Below, one piece after another: positions 16,440 to 25,974 of a stretch of 64,000 nucleotides of DNA. Source of the DNA: Thermodesulfobacteriota bacterium (GTDB lineage Bacteria > Desulfobacterota > Desulfarculia > JACQYL01). Each line of letters begins with the position of its first letter. Position 1 is the stretch's first letter. Both the position numbers and the translations under genes were made by a program. The DNA lies in assembly GCA_963675595.2 (NCBI GenBank), contig CAXXLZ010000001.1:640001-704000 (forward strand), written 5' to 3'. Below the pieces are notes generated by a model. That model was not told the DNA's origin. It made no database searches and saw only the letters and a program-made list of their open reading frames with translations.

Positions 16440-17174
16440 TCACGAAACATCAGCCTCCAGCTCTTCTCCGAGGTAAAGCTTTCTTACCATTTCGTTGTCT
16501 TCCAGCTGATCGACGGAATCTTCCAGCACGATCTTTCCCGATTGGATCACGTAACCCCGTGTGGCTATCTGGAATGCCATGAGAGCGTTTTGTTCGATGA
16601 GCAGGATCGTGGTTCCATGGCGGTTCATATTCAGAATGACCGTGAAGATGGTCTCCACCACCAGGGGAGCAAGTCCCATGGATGGTTCGTCGAGAAGCAC
16701 CAACTCGGGTCTGGACATGAGGGCCCGTCCCATGGCGAGCATCTGTTGCTCCCCGCCGCTCAGCGTGCCCGCTACCTGTCGGCTGCGCTCTTTCAGCCGC
16801 GGAAACAGCTCGAAAACCCGATCGAGGTCTTGAAGGACTGCAGGAGTGTCTCGCCGGATATACGCGCCCATCTCAAGGTTTTCCAACACCGACAGCCGGG
16901 TGAATATCTTACGGCCCTCGGGAGACTGGCTGATGCCCCGGGCCACGATCTCATGGGGAGGTAGACCGTCGATGCGTTCGCCCTTAAAAAGAATCGACCC
17001 TTCTCTGGGGGGGACCAGTCCGGAAATCGTATTGAGCAGGGTGGTCTTTCCCGCTCCGTTACTCCCGATGAGTGTGACGATTTCACCCTCCGCCACGTTC
17101 AGGCTAATCCCGCGAAGGGCTCGAATATTGCCGTAATAGGCGTGTACATCCAGGACTTCAAGCAGGGGCGCCAT
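16440..17174 (-). CDS. livF: Branched-chain amino acid ABC transporter ATP-binding subunit
   Basis: GSNGAGKT, LSGGEQQMLAMGRALM, LLDEPSMGLAP. Confidence 0.93.
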   Translation of the reverse strand: MAPLLEVLDVHAYYGNIRALRGISLNVAEGEIVTLIGSNGAGKTTLLNTISGLVPPREGSILFKGERIDGLPPHEIVARGISQSPEGRKIFTRLSVLENLEMGAYIRRDTPAVLQDLDRVFELFPRLKERSRQVAGTLSGGEQQMLAMGRALMSRPELVLLDEPSMGLAPLVVETIFTVILNMNRHGTTILLIEQNALMAFQIATRGYVIQSGKIVLEDSVDQLEDNEMVRKLYLGEELEADVS

Positions 17175-18003
17175 CGGTTTCTCCGGGGAGTTCGCGCAAT
17201 CTGCGTTTCAGACGAAGGGCGCCGGCCTGCTTGCCCAGATAGGCTTCGATGACCGCAGGATTCTTCTGCACAGCTTCAGGCGTACCTTCGGCGATCTTCG
17301 AGCCGTGGTCGAGCACGGTCACCCGGTCGGAGATGCCCATAATCACCCGCATATCGTGTTCGATGAGCAGAATGGTCAAGTTCAGTTCTTCCCGTATCTT
17401 CCGGATGAGCCCGGTCATCATAGCGGTTTCACGAGGATTCATGCCGGCCGTGGGTTCGTCCAGGAGCAACAGCTTGGGTTCGGAGGCCAGGGCGCGGCCC
17501 AATTCGAGTCTTCTTTGATCACCGTAGGAAAGGTTTCCGGCCGGTTCGTCCGTTCGGTGTTTCAAACCCACATATTCAAGCATTTCTTCCGATTTGGCCA
17601 AAGCCGCATGTTCTTCTCTGCGCGTACCCGAGTTGCGGATCACGGCCCCCCATACTCCGGCCCTCATTCGTGTATGCCGGCCCACGAGGACGTTTTCCAA
17701 GGCGGTCATTCCGGGAAACAGGCGAATGTTCTGGAAAGTACGGGCGATCCCCAGCTGCACAATGCGGTGTGACGGACGGCCGGTGATGTTGCGTCCGCAG
17801 AAGAGCAATTTGCCGTGAGTGGGATTATATGCGCCGGAAATAATGTTGAAAAGGGTAGTCTTGCCCGCGCCGTTTGGGCCGATGAGTCCCGCGATGAGCC
17901 CCTCGCTGAGAGAGATATCCACGCCGTCTATGGCCTGCAGACCCCCAAAGAAATGGGAAAGGCCCTGAATCTCCAATAGTGCGTGGTGTTGCAGGCGGCT
18001 CAT
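17158..18003 (-). CDS. livG: Branched-chain amino acid ABC transporter ATP-binding subunit
   Basis: GPNGAGKT, RTFQNIRLF, LSYGDQRRLE, LLDEPTAG, VIEAYLG. Confidence 0.93.
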   Translation of the reverse strand: MSRLQHHALLEIQGLSHFFGGLQAIDGVDISLSEGLIAGLIGPNGAGKTTLFNIISGAYNPTHGKLLFCGRNITGRPSHRIVQLGIARTFQNIRLFPGMTALENVLVGRHTRMRAGVWGAVIRNSGTRREEHAALAKSEEMLEYVGLKHRTDEPAGNLSYGDQRRLELGRALASEPKLLLLDEPTAGMNPRETAMMTGLIRKIREELNLTILLIEHDMRVIMGISDRVTVLDHGSKIAEGTPEAVQKNPAVIEAYLGKQAGALRLKRRLRELPGETDGAPA

Positions 18004-18995
18004 TTTCGCTTCATTTCCACTTTAAGCCGCGCTGCGGGCAGAAACCCCGAGGGTCTGAAAATCATCATGATCACCAACAATGCGCCGAAGGCCAGCATGC
18101 GGTAGAGGGCCAGACCCCGGAGTACTTCGGGGATGCCGATGAGCACCACCGCGCCCAAAATGACGCCGGGGATGCTCCCCATGCCTCCAATGATGATCAG
18201 ACAGAGCACGTTGATGGAAACCATAAGGGAGAAGTCGTCGGGAAAGATGGAGCCCTGTCGGGCCGCGAATATGACACCGCCGATACCCGCAAAGCAGGCA
18301 CCAATGGCGAAGGCCATAAGTTTGTATTTCAGGACGTTGATGCCCATCAAAGCGGCGGCGTCCTGGTCTTCTCTCATGGCCGCCCAGGCCCTGCCCACTC
18401 TGGATTGGTTGAGACGCGAGGCCGTGAACGCGGCGAGTATGCAGCCCGCCAAAATAAGATAATAGTAATGGGTGGGGGTGGAGAATTGGAAGTTGCCCAA
18501 AGACGGCGGGTCGATTCGGAGCAGCCCCTTGGGTCCGTTGGTCAGGCCGTCCAGATTGTTGAGCAATATACGAACGATTTGGCCAAAACCCAACGTGACG
18601 ATGGCCAAGTAGTCGCCCCGCATGCGCAGTACGGGAATACCCAACAGCACGCCTCCCATGGACGCAACCAAGGCGCAGACGGGAATCATGAGCCAGAAGG
18701 GGACGTGGTATCCGAACTGAGGCGAGGCCAGCAGTCCGTAGGTGTAGGCTCCAATGGCGAAAAACGCCACGTATCCAAGGTCCAGCAGGCCGGCGAACCC
18801 CACGGTGACGTTCAGCCCGATGCCCAGGATGATGTAAATCCCCACATGGGCGAGCACGTGTGTCCAATAATTGCCTACGATCAGGGGTAGCAGCGATAAA
18901 GGGACCAACAAAAGGGTGAGGCGAAGCCACGGAGGGCCGGAGCTTCCCAACCGCCGGAAGATGTTTCGGTTTTCCGCGTCGGACGTTACGTGCAT
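18000..18995 (-). CDS. livM: Branched-chain amino acid ABC transporter permease
   Basis: GLLDLGYVAFFAIGAY, LRMRGDYLAIVTLGFG, multiple TM helices. Confidence 0.92.
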   Translation of the reverse strand: MHVTSDAENRNIFRRLGSSGPPWLRLTLLLVPLSLLPLIVGNYWTHVLAHVGIYIILGIGLNVTVGFAGLLDLGYVAFFAIGAYTYGLLASPQFGYHVPFWLMIPVCALVASMGGVLLGIPVLRMRGDYLAIVTLGFGQIVRILLNNLDGLTNGPKGLLRIDPPSLGNFQFSTPTHYYYLILAGCILAAFTASRLNQSRVGRAWAAMREDQDAAALMGINVLKYKLMAFAIGACFAGIGGVIFAARQGSIFPDDFSLMVSINVLCLIIIGGMGSIPGVILGAVVLIGIPEVLRGLALYRMLAFGALLVIMMIFRPSGFLPAARLKVEMKRK

Positions 18996-19927
18996 CAGGT
19001 TCTTTGCGATACCACTTCCCCCATGATGCCCCGGGGGCGAAGTATTAGGATGAGCACCAGCAGGCCGAAAGCCACTACGTCTTTGTATTGAGCGGGGAGA
19101 ATGAATACGCTGAAGGCTTCGGCGAGCCCCAAAAAGTAGCCTCCGATCATGGCTCCGGCCACGTTGCCGATGCCGCCCACCACGGCCGCGGTGAATGCCT
19201 TGATTCCCGGCACGAATCCCATCATGTGATCGATCTGCGAGTAGTACATGCCCACCATGACGCCCGCCACGGCCGCGAGACCGGACCCCACCGCGAAAGC
19301 CGTCACAATGATCCGGTTTACATTGATCCCCATGAGAGCCGCCGCGTCAGGATTCTCGGCCACCGCGCGCATGGCTTTTCCGGTCCGGGTTTTGAAGATG
19401 AACCACATGAGTCCCCCCATCATCAGTAGAGAACCCGCCAGGATAAAGACCTGAAAATAAGAAACCACGAATCTTCCCATCTCCAGCAGGCCTCCGGGGA
19501 ACACGTCGGGATATACTTTTATCCGGGCTTTCACAATGAGCATCATAACGTTCTGGAGGAAAATGGAAGCCCCGATGGCACTGATGAGGGCGGCGAGACG
19601 AGGCGCTTTTCGCAGGGGCCTGTAGGCCACGCGCTCGAGCAGAACTCCCAGGCATGAGGAGACGAGCACGGCGCCTACTAGAGCCAGCACCACGGACACA
19701 AAGGGGTGCCGACCCGTGAAGTCGGACCCCGCCAAAGCGGACAGGACGAAAAAGCCTGAGAACGAGCCGAACATGAAGATTTCGCCATGAGCGAAATTGA
19801 TCATGAAGAGAATGCCGTAAACCAGGGTATAGCCCATGGCGATCAGCGCGTAGATACCACCGATGGTCAGGCCGTTGACCACCTGATCGAAAAGCACTTC
19901 AGGACTGGCTAGCAGGGATAGATTCAT
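18995..19927 (-). CDS. livH: Branched-chain amino acid ABC transporter permease
   Basis: YALIAMGYTLVYG..INFAHG, GKAMRA, KAFTAAVVGGIG. Confidence 0.92.
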   Translation of the reverse strand: MNLSLLASPEVLFDQVVNGLTIGGIYALIAMGYTLVYGILFMINFAHGEIFMFGSFSGFFVLSALAGSDFTGRHPFVSVVLALVGAVLVSSCLGVLLERVAYRPLRKAPRLAALISAIGASIFLQNVMMLIVKARIKVYPDVFPGGLLEMGRFVVSYFQVFILAGSLLMMGGLMWFIFKTRTGKAMRAVAENPDAAALMGINVNRIIVTAFAVGSGLAAVAGVMVGMYYSQIDHMMGFVPGIKAFTAAVVGGIGNVAGAMIGGYFLGLAEAFSVFILPAQYKDVVAFGLLVLILILRPRGIMGEVVSQRT

Positions 19928-20176
19928 TCGTTCACTACTAAATACGAGAGCGCCTACCACCGGCATGCTCGTCGATGGACGGGCTCACGGATCGACATCT
20001 CAGGCGGTTTCCGTTGAGACGGCTCGGTGGGGAAGAGCCTCTATAAACGTCTTCATAGCGAAGCGCGGAGGGGAAATATTCTTGAGAGCGTTTCACCCGT
20101 GAATGAGGACGCACAACCCACCGAAGTCCGACCTGTTACAGGTATGGCGAGCGACCGAGTGAAAAAAAGGAGAGGG

Positions 20177-21349
20177 TCAGTCGGTCACCTCTTTGAAAAA
20201 ACATTTTCCATGTTCGCAAGCCACCACATTCACGGCCACCACGGATCCGGTTCGATCCCCCACCTCGTCGAAGGTGATGTGGCCGGTGACGCCGTCGTAC
20301 TCAATGTTCCTCACCGCGTCGCGCAGCGCTTTTCGGCCGATAAGCAACTCGCCGTTTTCGCCTTTTTGGGCCACTTTCTCGATGGCGGTCAGCAAAATAC
20401 CGGTCGCGTCGTATGCTTGTGGAGAAAAGGTTTGCTTGGGGCCGTATTTGGCTTCGAATCGTGCGACCCATTTGGAGAACTTCTCGCCTTTCGGGACCTT
20501 GGCATAGGTGATATAGGCACCGGTGGACGCTTTGCCGGCGCCTTGGATGAATGATTTCTCAGCGTAGCAGCCGTCGTCGCTCAGGAACACGGCCTTCATG
20601 CCGATGCGCCGCATTTGACGAACCAACAAAGCTCCTTCGGCGGACATGCCGCCGAAGTAGACCAGTTGCGGCCTGAATATCTTGATCTTGGTTAAGACGG
20701 GTGAGAAATCCTTGTCTCCGCGAGTCAACCCTTCGTAGGACACCACCTGACCACCGTGCTTTTCGATGTAGCGCTTGAACTCATCGGCGAGCCCCTGTCC
20801 GTAGGCGCTTTTGTCGTGGACTACGGCCACTCGGGTCCAACCCTTTTTCACGGCGAATTCGGCGGCGGCCGTCCCTTGAATCTTGTCGTTCCAGCAAGTA
20901 CGGAAGAAGACGGAGATGCCGCGCTTGGTGACCTCAAGGCCGGTGGAAGAGGGGGAGATCATTACCAATTTGTACTTCTGGTGAATGTCGGATGCGGGGA
21001 TGGAACCCCCGCTGCACATATATCCGATAACGCCTACGATTCTCGGATCGTTGCAGAACTTCTCGGCTATCGCGACCGACGGCGCGCCCTCGCATTGGTC
21101 GTCTTCAGCCTCGAGTTCCAAGGGATGGCCCATGATTTCCTTCTTTTCTTTCACGGCCATTTCCACCGCATTCTTGATATCGATACCCATGGTCGCGTAT
21201 CCGCCGGAAAGCATGGTGCCGAGTCCGACCTTCACGGCTTCTCCCGCGGGAACAACGAATTCGCCCCACTCATCGGCGCGGGATTCACTCACGGGGACGC
21301 AAAGGATCGTCAGCACCACCAAACAAACGAACACCCGAATGCGCACCAT
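20177..21349 (-). CDS. livK: Branched-chain amino acid ABC transporter substrate-binding protein
   Basis: Signal peptide, EDDQC, HDKSAYGQGLA, YDGVTGHITFD; RBS AAGGAGG. Confidence 0.88.
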   Translation of the reverse strand: MVRIRVFVCLVVLTILCVPVSESRADEWGEFVVPAGEAVKVGLGTMLSGGYATMGIDIKNAVEMAVKEKKEIMGHPLELEAEDDQCEGAPSVAIAEKFCNDPRIVGVIGYMCSGGSIPASDIHQKYKLVMISPSSTGLEVTKRGISVFFRTCWNDKIQGTAAAEFAVKKGWTRVAVVHDKSAYGQGLADEFKRYIEKHGGQVVSYEGLTRGDKDFSPVLTKIKIFRPQLVYFGGMSAEGALLVRQMRRIGMKAVFLSDDGCYAEKSFIQGAGKASTGAYITYAKVPKGEKFSKWVARFEAKYGPKQTFSPQAYDATGILLTAIEKVAQKGENGELLIGRKALRDAVRNIEYDGVTGHITFDEVGDRTGSVVAVNVVACEHGKCFFKEVTD

Positions 21350-21658
21350 GGCTCCTCCTTGGCAGGCCGTCAAGAACACGATCTGCGGCGTGGCGCTTCA
21401 TCCCCCGTCATTGCTGCGTATTTCTTGTACGCCCATATTTCTTGGGACTTGCGCGTATTGCATGTCGTCGTCTTTCGTCGGACGACGGCAATCGAATATC
21501 TTCAATCCGCTGTCGGGATGAATCATGTCGGACGACGAAAATTTCGGCCGGGGTGTCTCTTTGGACGCCCCCGCAGTGCGATCTCCGGGCAAATAATAAC
21601 GGGAGGCCAGGGCACTTGCAAGGAGATTCCCGGAGATGCGACCGGGATTTGCGCGGCC

Positions 21659-21928
21659 TTAGCCCAGGAGTTTCCGGTAACGCTTCAGACCCAAGGAAGG
21701 AATGGCCGCCGAAAAAAGAAGAATCGGCCGGACATGAGGAAGGATTTCCCGAAAACCGTTCCTTTTGAGGAGGACTCCCCGCACGATCCACAGGTAGTGT
21801 GTCGGAGGCAGGGCCGGCCCGATCCATTGGGTCCGCTCGGACATGCCTGGGAACGGGGATATGACGCTCGACAACGGAATCGACGGAAGGAAAAAGAAGA
21901 AAGCCATCTGTACGGCCTGAAGCCGGTT
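21659..21928 (-). pseudogene. C-terminal remnant of an ABC-2 type (YbhR-like) permease
   Basis: NRLQAVQMAFFFFLPS...GMSERTQWIG..LPPTHY..IVRGVLLK.NG resembles the ABC-2 permease C-terminus; preceded by an in-frame TGA, with no N-terminal part. Confidence 0.7.
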
Positions 21929-22100
21929 TCAATCAACAGGTGTCAAGTCGCCGGCGGAATTATCCCCCCACCGGCTTCCACCTTCTACGTCGGTGTCTTC
22001 CCTATGATTGCATTTCCTCCCACCGTGACGTATCCTGAAAACATTCCGTCGGGAGTCCGACGGAAACCGTAACTTTCATGGTGGGGAGAGATAAGACCCC

Positions 22101-22475
22101 GTGAGCAAGATCTGGATTGGGCTTTTCATACTATGCGCGACCGTTTTCCATGGTGCGTACGCATCGGCCGAGACACCGGGACAACTCCGAGCTATGGAAG
22201 AGCGCGGGGCGGTCTTGGCGGAGGCAAGGAATCGGTTCGTAGTTCAGGTATTGAACGGTTACGGAATTCCCTACCTCCTAAACCATCAGGGCATGGTATC
22301 CGCCATCCGGGTGAAGAACGCCTGGTTCACGGTGGCCTCGATCACCATTGTCCCCGAGGTTGAACAACAAGGGGACTTCCTGGTGGTCAAGGGGCACAAC
22401 CTTTACTTCCGGCCCCAAGGGGAAGGGACTCCCCTTCATCTGTTTTCCGATCTCAGAATTCCGGTTCCTCATTGA
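22101..22475 (+). CDS. Small secreted hypothetical protein
   Basis: RBS GGGGAG, GTG start, signal peptide ending in ASA. Confidence 0.65.
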   Translation: MSKIWIGLFILCATVFHGAYASAETPGQLRAMEERGAVLAEARNRFVVQVLNGYGIPYLLNHQGMVSAIRVKNAWFTVASITIVPEVEQQGDFLVVKGHNLYFRPQGEGTPLHLFSDLRIPVPH

Positions 22476-22527
22476 TCTTATCTTTGATTTCATTTCACCG
22501 CACCGCTTTGCGCCCGGGAACGCCGAC

Positions 22528-23262
22528 ATGCGAATCGGCTTGATCGCGGCTCTCCGCACCGAGACACGGAGCTTGCTGTCACGCCTTCACTGGGTCCGAA
22601 AGAAGTGGCCGGAGGGCTTTTTTTCTTTCGAATGCCGGCGGGGCGCCCGTGAACTCATTCTAATGGAAACAGGCATGGGAGCCGAGAGGAGTCTTCGGGG
22701 GGCCTCGCTGCTTGTGGAGGAGTTTTCCCCGGATTACCTCGTTTGCTTCGGCTTCGGCGGGGGGCTGAGTGAGAATTTGAACCCCGGAGACGCCATCCGG
22801 GCTGTAAGGTCGGTCTTGTTCAACGGGAAAACCGGGTCGTTGGAAGAGCCGGCACGGGGAATCGGCGATCCTGCGGGACCTTTTTCGGTCTGGGCGGATG
22901 TTCCGGCGGGGACCATCGTCACCGTGAGGAGGTCCCCTGATAAAGCATTCCTGGCAGGGCTGCTTCCCGACTCACGGCATCCCGCCCAGGTGGACATGGA
23001 AACTTCGTATCTAGCGGGCTTTGCGTCGGATAGGGGTGTTTCCTTTGCCGGCCTACGCGCGGTATGCGATGAATTGGGTTTCGAGCCGAATCTGCCCTTG
23101 GATCGGCTTATGGATCCATTGGGAAGGGAAAGTGCCTGGAGGGCGGTTCGCTTGGCCGTTGGGAATCCGGGTATGGCCGTGCGATTCGTCAGGCTTGCGC
23201 GGCGTTCATTGGCGGCGGGAAAGACTTTGGCGCATCGGGTGGCCATGCTGCTGGACGAATGA
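22528..23262 (+). CDS. hpnG: Hopanoid-associated nucleoside phosphorylase (HpnG-like)
   Basis: MRIGLIAALRTE, TGMG, FGFGGGL, VDMET, RAVCD phosphorylase motifs; adjacent to hpnH and shc. Confidence 0.7.
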   Translation: MRIGLIAALRTETRSLLSRLHWVRKKWPEGFFSFECRRGARELILMETGMGAERSLRGASLLVEEFSPDYLVCFGFGGGLSENLNPGDAIRAVRSVLFNGKTGSLEEPARGIGDPAGPFSVWADVPAGTIVTVRRSPDKAFLAGLLPDSRHPAQVDMETSYLAGFASDRGVSFAGLRAVCDELGFEPNLPLDRLMDPLGRESAWRAVRLAVGNPGMAVRFVRLARRSLAAGKTLAHRVAMLLDE

Positions 23263-23316
23263 GAAATCGGCCTCACCCCGTGATGTTGCGCAACCGAAGT
23301 CTTGGGGTCGCAGTGC

Positions 23317-24117
23317 TCAATGCCCGGGCGCCGGAACCCGGTTCCGTGAAATCCGTCGAAGGCTCCAGGCCAGAAGCAGCCCGCTCAAGGCCGATCCGGT
23401 TAAGCCTAATAGCCGCTCCCCGACCCAGAAAGTAATCCCCAGGTTTCCCGCAATGACCATCCAGTACAAAAGGGGACCGGTGAATTCGGACAAGTTCCCC
23501 CGAACGGTCTCGCCTTCCTTCGACGCATACCGGCGCAGGAGCAGGCTGAGTGAAGTCATGAGCGCCAGCCCCACCAGAAACCAACCCGCAAAGTTCGTCC
23601 AGGGGATGTGGAAGTACAACCCTTCGTGGCGATACCCGTATATCTTGCCCAAAAACCAGCGATCTCCGACAAAGGCCACCGGATCGATCACTACGTCGAG
23701 AAAGGCGAACAGCAGGGCGCCCGAAACGATGGTTTCCAATGAGATTCGCCTTGGATCGTCCATGATCAGGATCGAATACCGGCCCGTTCGGTGCCAGGGG
23801 CTCTTGAGCAGCACGGCCATACGATAAGCGGCGAAAGAAAGGAAAACATAGGAGAGGGAATCCATAAAGGGTACACCGGCAACCCAGAGCTCCGTGTCGG
23901 CCGTGGCGGCGATGTAGTAGTAATGGCCGTATGGAAACCCGTTGTGAATCGAGGAGTATTCCGAAAGGAACGCAATGACATAGGCCGAGATCAGATGGAG
24001 CGAGGTGACACGAACTCCATACCTTCGGATGCATCCCACCAGAAACACGAGGAGAAAAGCGAAAACGTAGGGGCGCAGCAGCAGAGTGCCCAGCAGCAGT
24101 CGCGGAATCTCAGGCAT
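23317..24117 (-). CDS. CruF-like 'carotenoid biosynthesis' membrane protein (putative prenyl hydratase)
   Basis: SE.....GFPYG.Y.Y, GVP, DVVIDP, IPWTNFAGW motifs; multiple TM helices; overlaps the hpnH stop. Confidence 0.75.
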   Translation of the reverse strand: MPEIPRLLLGTLLLRPYVFAFLLVFLVGCIRRYGVRVTSLHLISAYVIAFLSEYSSIHNGFPYGHYYYIAATADTELWVAGVPFMDSLSYVFLSFAAYRMAVLLKSPWHRTGRYSILIMDDPRRISLETIVSGALLFAFLDVVIDPVAFVGDRWFLGKIYGYRHEGLYFHIPWTNFAGWFLVGLALMTSLSLLLRRYASKEGETVRGNLSEFTGPLLYWMVIAGNLGITFWVGERLLGLTGSALSGLLLAWSLRRISRNRVPAPGH

Positions 24118-25111
24118 TCAGATTCCAAAGGATCATTTTGGCCAAGTCTCTCGGGCTCTTGCCCAGAGTCCTCACCACCGAGGCCTCGAACCCGCAATGT
24201 ACCATGCAGTCGCGGCATCTGGGGTCTTCACCCGCTTCGTAACGGTCCCAGTCGGTTTGCTCCATCAGTTCGCGAAACGTGGCGTAGTGCGTGTCCGTGA
24301 TTAGGTAGCAGGGGGACTTCCAGCCGGCGGGATTCCGGGTGGGATTTCCCCAGGGCGTGCAGGACAGGTTTCTTTCGCCTCTCAGGAATTCGAGAAACAA
24401 TGGAGTGCTGATGATGGGGTACTTGGAGAACGAAGGGGAGAGTTCCCGAAAGATTTCGTGGATCCTTCGACGATTAAGGAACATGTCGTTCCCCACACTC
24501 TCGTACTCGAATCCCGGAGAAACCAAGATGCCGTCCACTCCCAGGGACTTCAGCACATCGAACAACTTGAGAAGATTGGCCGGGTCCGATTCCTTGTACA
24601 CGGTGGTGTTGGTGCTCACCCGGAAGCCCTGTGACTTGGCGAATCGAACGGCGGCCACCGCCTCTTCGAACATGCCTTTGCGGTTCATGATTCGATCGTG
24701 CTCTTCGCCGAAGGCGTCGAGATGGATGTTGAGTGTGAGGCGGGGATCGGGGGTGAGCTGGTTCAGCCTCTCACCGACCAGTGTTCCGTTGGTGCAAAGG
24801 TAAACGTGCTTCCTGCGATGCAGAACCGCCCTCACCAAGCGTCCCAAGTAGGGGACGAGAAAGGGCTCTCCGCCGGTGATGGTCACCACGGGCGCTCCCG
24901 CTTGGTCCACCGAGTCCAGGCAGTCCTCGAAGGAAAGGCTTTGGTTCAGTGTTTGTTTGTACTCGCGGATGCGTCCGCAACCCAGGCAGTTCAAATTACA
25001 CTGATGGGTGGGCTCGAGCATCAATACCAAAGGGAAGCGGCGGGTGCCCTTGATCTGATTGGACAGCAGATACCGCGTCATGTCGAAATGCAGCTGGATG
25101 GGAAAACGCAT
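24110..25111 (-). CDS. hpnH: Adenosyl-hopene transferase (radical SAM)
   Basis: FPLVLMLEP...CNLNCLGCGRI, CTPWGNPT, PCYLI, DPRCRDCMVHCGFE. Confidence 0.92.
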   Translation of the reverse strand: MRFPIQLHFDMTRYLLSNQIKGTRRFPLVLMLEPTHQCNLNCLGCGRIREYKQTLNQSLSFEDCLDSVDQAGAPVVTITGGEPFLVPYLGRLVRAVLHRRKHVYLCTNGTLVGERLNQLTPDPRLTLNIHLDAFGEEHDRIMNRKGMFEEAVAAVRFAKSQGFRVSTNTTVYKESDPANLLKLFDVLKSLGVDGILVSPGFEYESVGNDMFLNRRRIHEIFRELSPSFSKYPIISTPLFLEFLRGERNLSCTPWGNPTRNPAGWKSPCYLITDTHYATFRELMEQTDWDRYEAGEDPRCRDCMVHCGFEASVVRTLGKSPRDLAKMILWNLNA

Positions 25112-25119
25112 GAGACTCG

Positions 25120-25953
25120 CTATTTGTGTGAATGATGTGGAAAAAGGTGCGCCAAGGCCCTTTTGAACTCGTCGATGGGAATGAGGGTATTCTTACAGGG
25201 CCCTTCGGGGCGCTGGTTGGGAATACCGATGACGGGTACGTAAAGCGATACGTCTTTGAGCCCTGTGATCAAATCGCGTTCGCAAGCCATGGCGATGATA
25301 AAATCCGGTCGGAGCTTCTTTATCTCCTTCCTCGCCTCCTCCCCGCCTCCCACGGTGGCCAAGTGACAAGGGAAATCTTCGCAGATGGATTTGACCTCTT
25401 TGCGAACGGACACATGCAGGCATCTCGGAAGCAGCACCAGAAGTTTCGGGGTCGAGCCGGGAAGTCCTAGAGCCTCCGTCACCGTGTTGCTGACTTTGAC
25501 GAAGGAGTGTCCGACCTTGTCCCTGGACTGCCCGAATTTCTTTCCCAGCCACACGGCTTTGGGAAGGAGGAAGAACAGAAAGGACTGGATGGTCCGGTAG
25601 GAGAGCACTCGAACTCCGAATATCACTTGCAGGAGCAGGAGGCCGTAGAGCGCCACGGGCAGGATGGACAGGATGAGCATGACCCCGTGGGTCACCGTCT
25701 GCAACATCGGGGGAAGTTGTGAAATCCGGGGTTCTACCAAGTACCAGAAGAATCCCAGGCCTCCGGTGAGCAACAGCACCGCAAGCAGCGAGAAACTCAG
25801 AAACTTGACCTTGGATTCTGTAATGGCGGGTTCGATCTCGTTGATATCCCCGCTCCAATCCGACCACTCATCCCCGAGCTTGCGATCCTTCTTGGGTTTT
25901 TCATCCTGAAACCGTTCCGAGTTCTTTGTGGTTTCCAGAGATTCGGTTTCCAT
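25120..25953 (-). CDS. DUF116-family membrane protein
   Basis: Two TM helices, then LLPRCL, ACERDL..G, PNQRPEGPCKNT. Confidence 0.75.
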   Translation of the reverse strand: METESLETTKNSERFQDEKPKKDRKLGDEWSDWSGDINEIEPAITESKVKFLSFSLLAVLLLTGGLGFFWYLVEPRISQLPPMLQTVTHGVMLILSILPVALYGLLLLQVIFGVRVLSYRTIQSFLFFLLPKAVWLGKKFGQSRDKVGHSFVKVSNTVTEALGLPGSTPKLLVLLPRCLHVSVRKEVKSICEDFPCHLATVGGGEEARKEIKKLRPDFIIAMACERDLITGLKDVSLYVPVIGIPNQRPEGPCKNTLIPIDEFKRALAHLFPHHSHK

Positions 25954-25974
25954 AAGATCATGCCCCGGCGTGCG

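Noticed and set aside
20756-22072. Long antisense or alternate-frame ORFs (also 39858..41267, 42630..43862, 59485..60810)
   Set aside because: They are shadows of well-supported genes in GC-rich DNA and carry no recognisable motifs.
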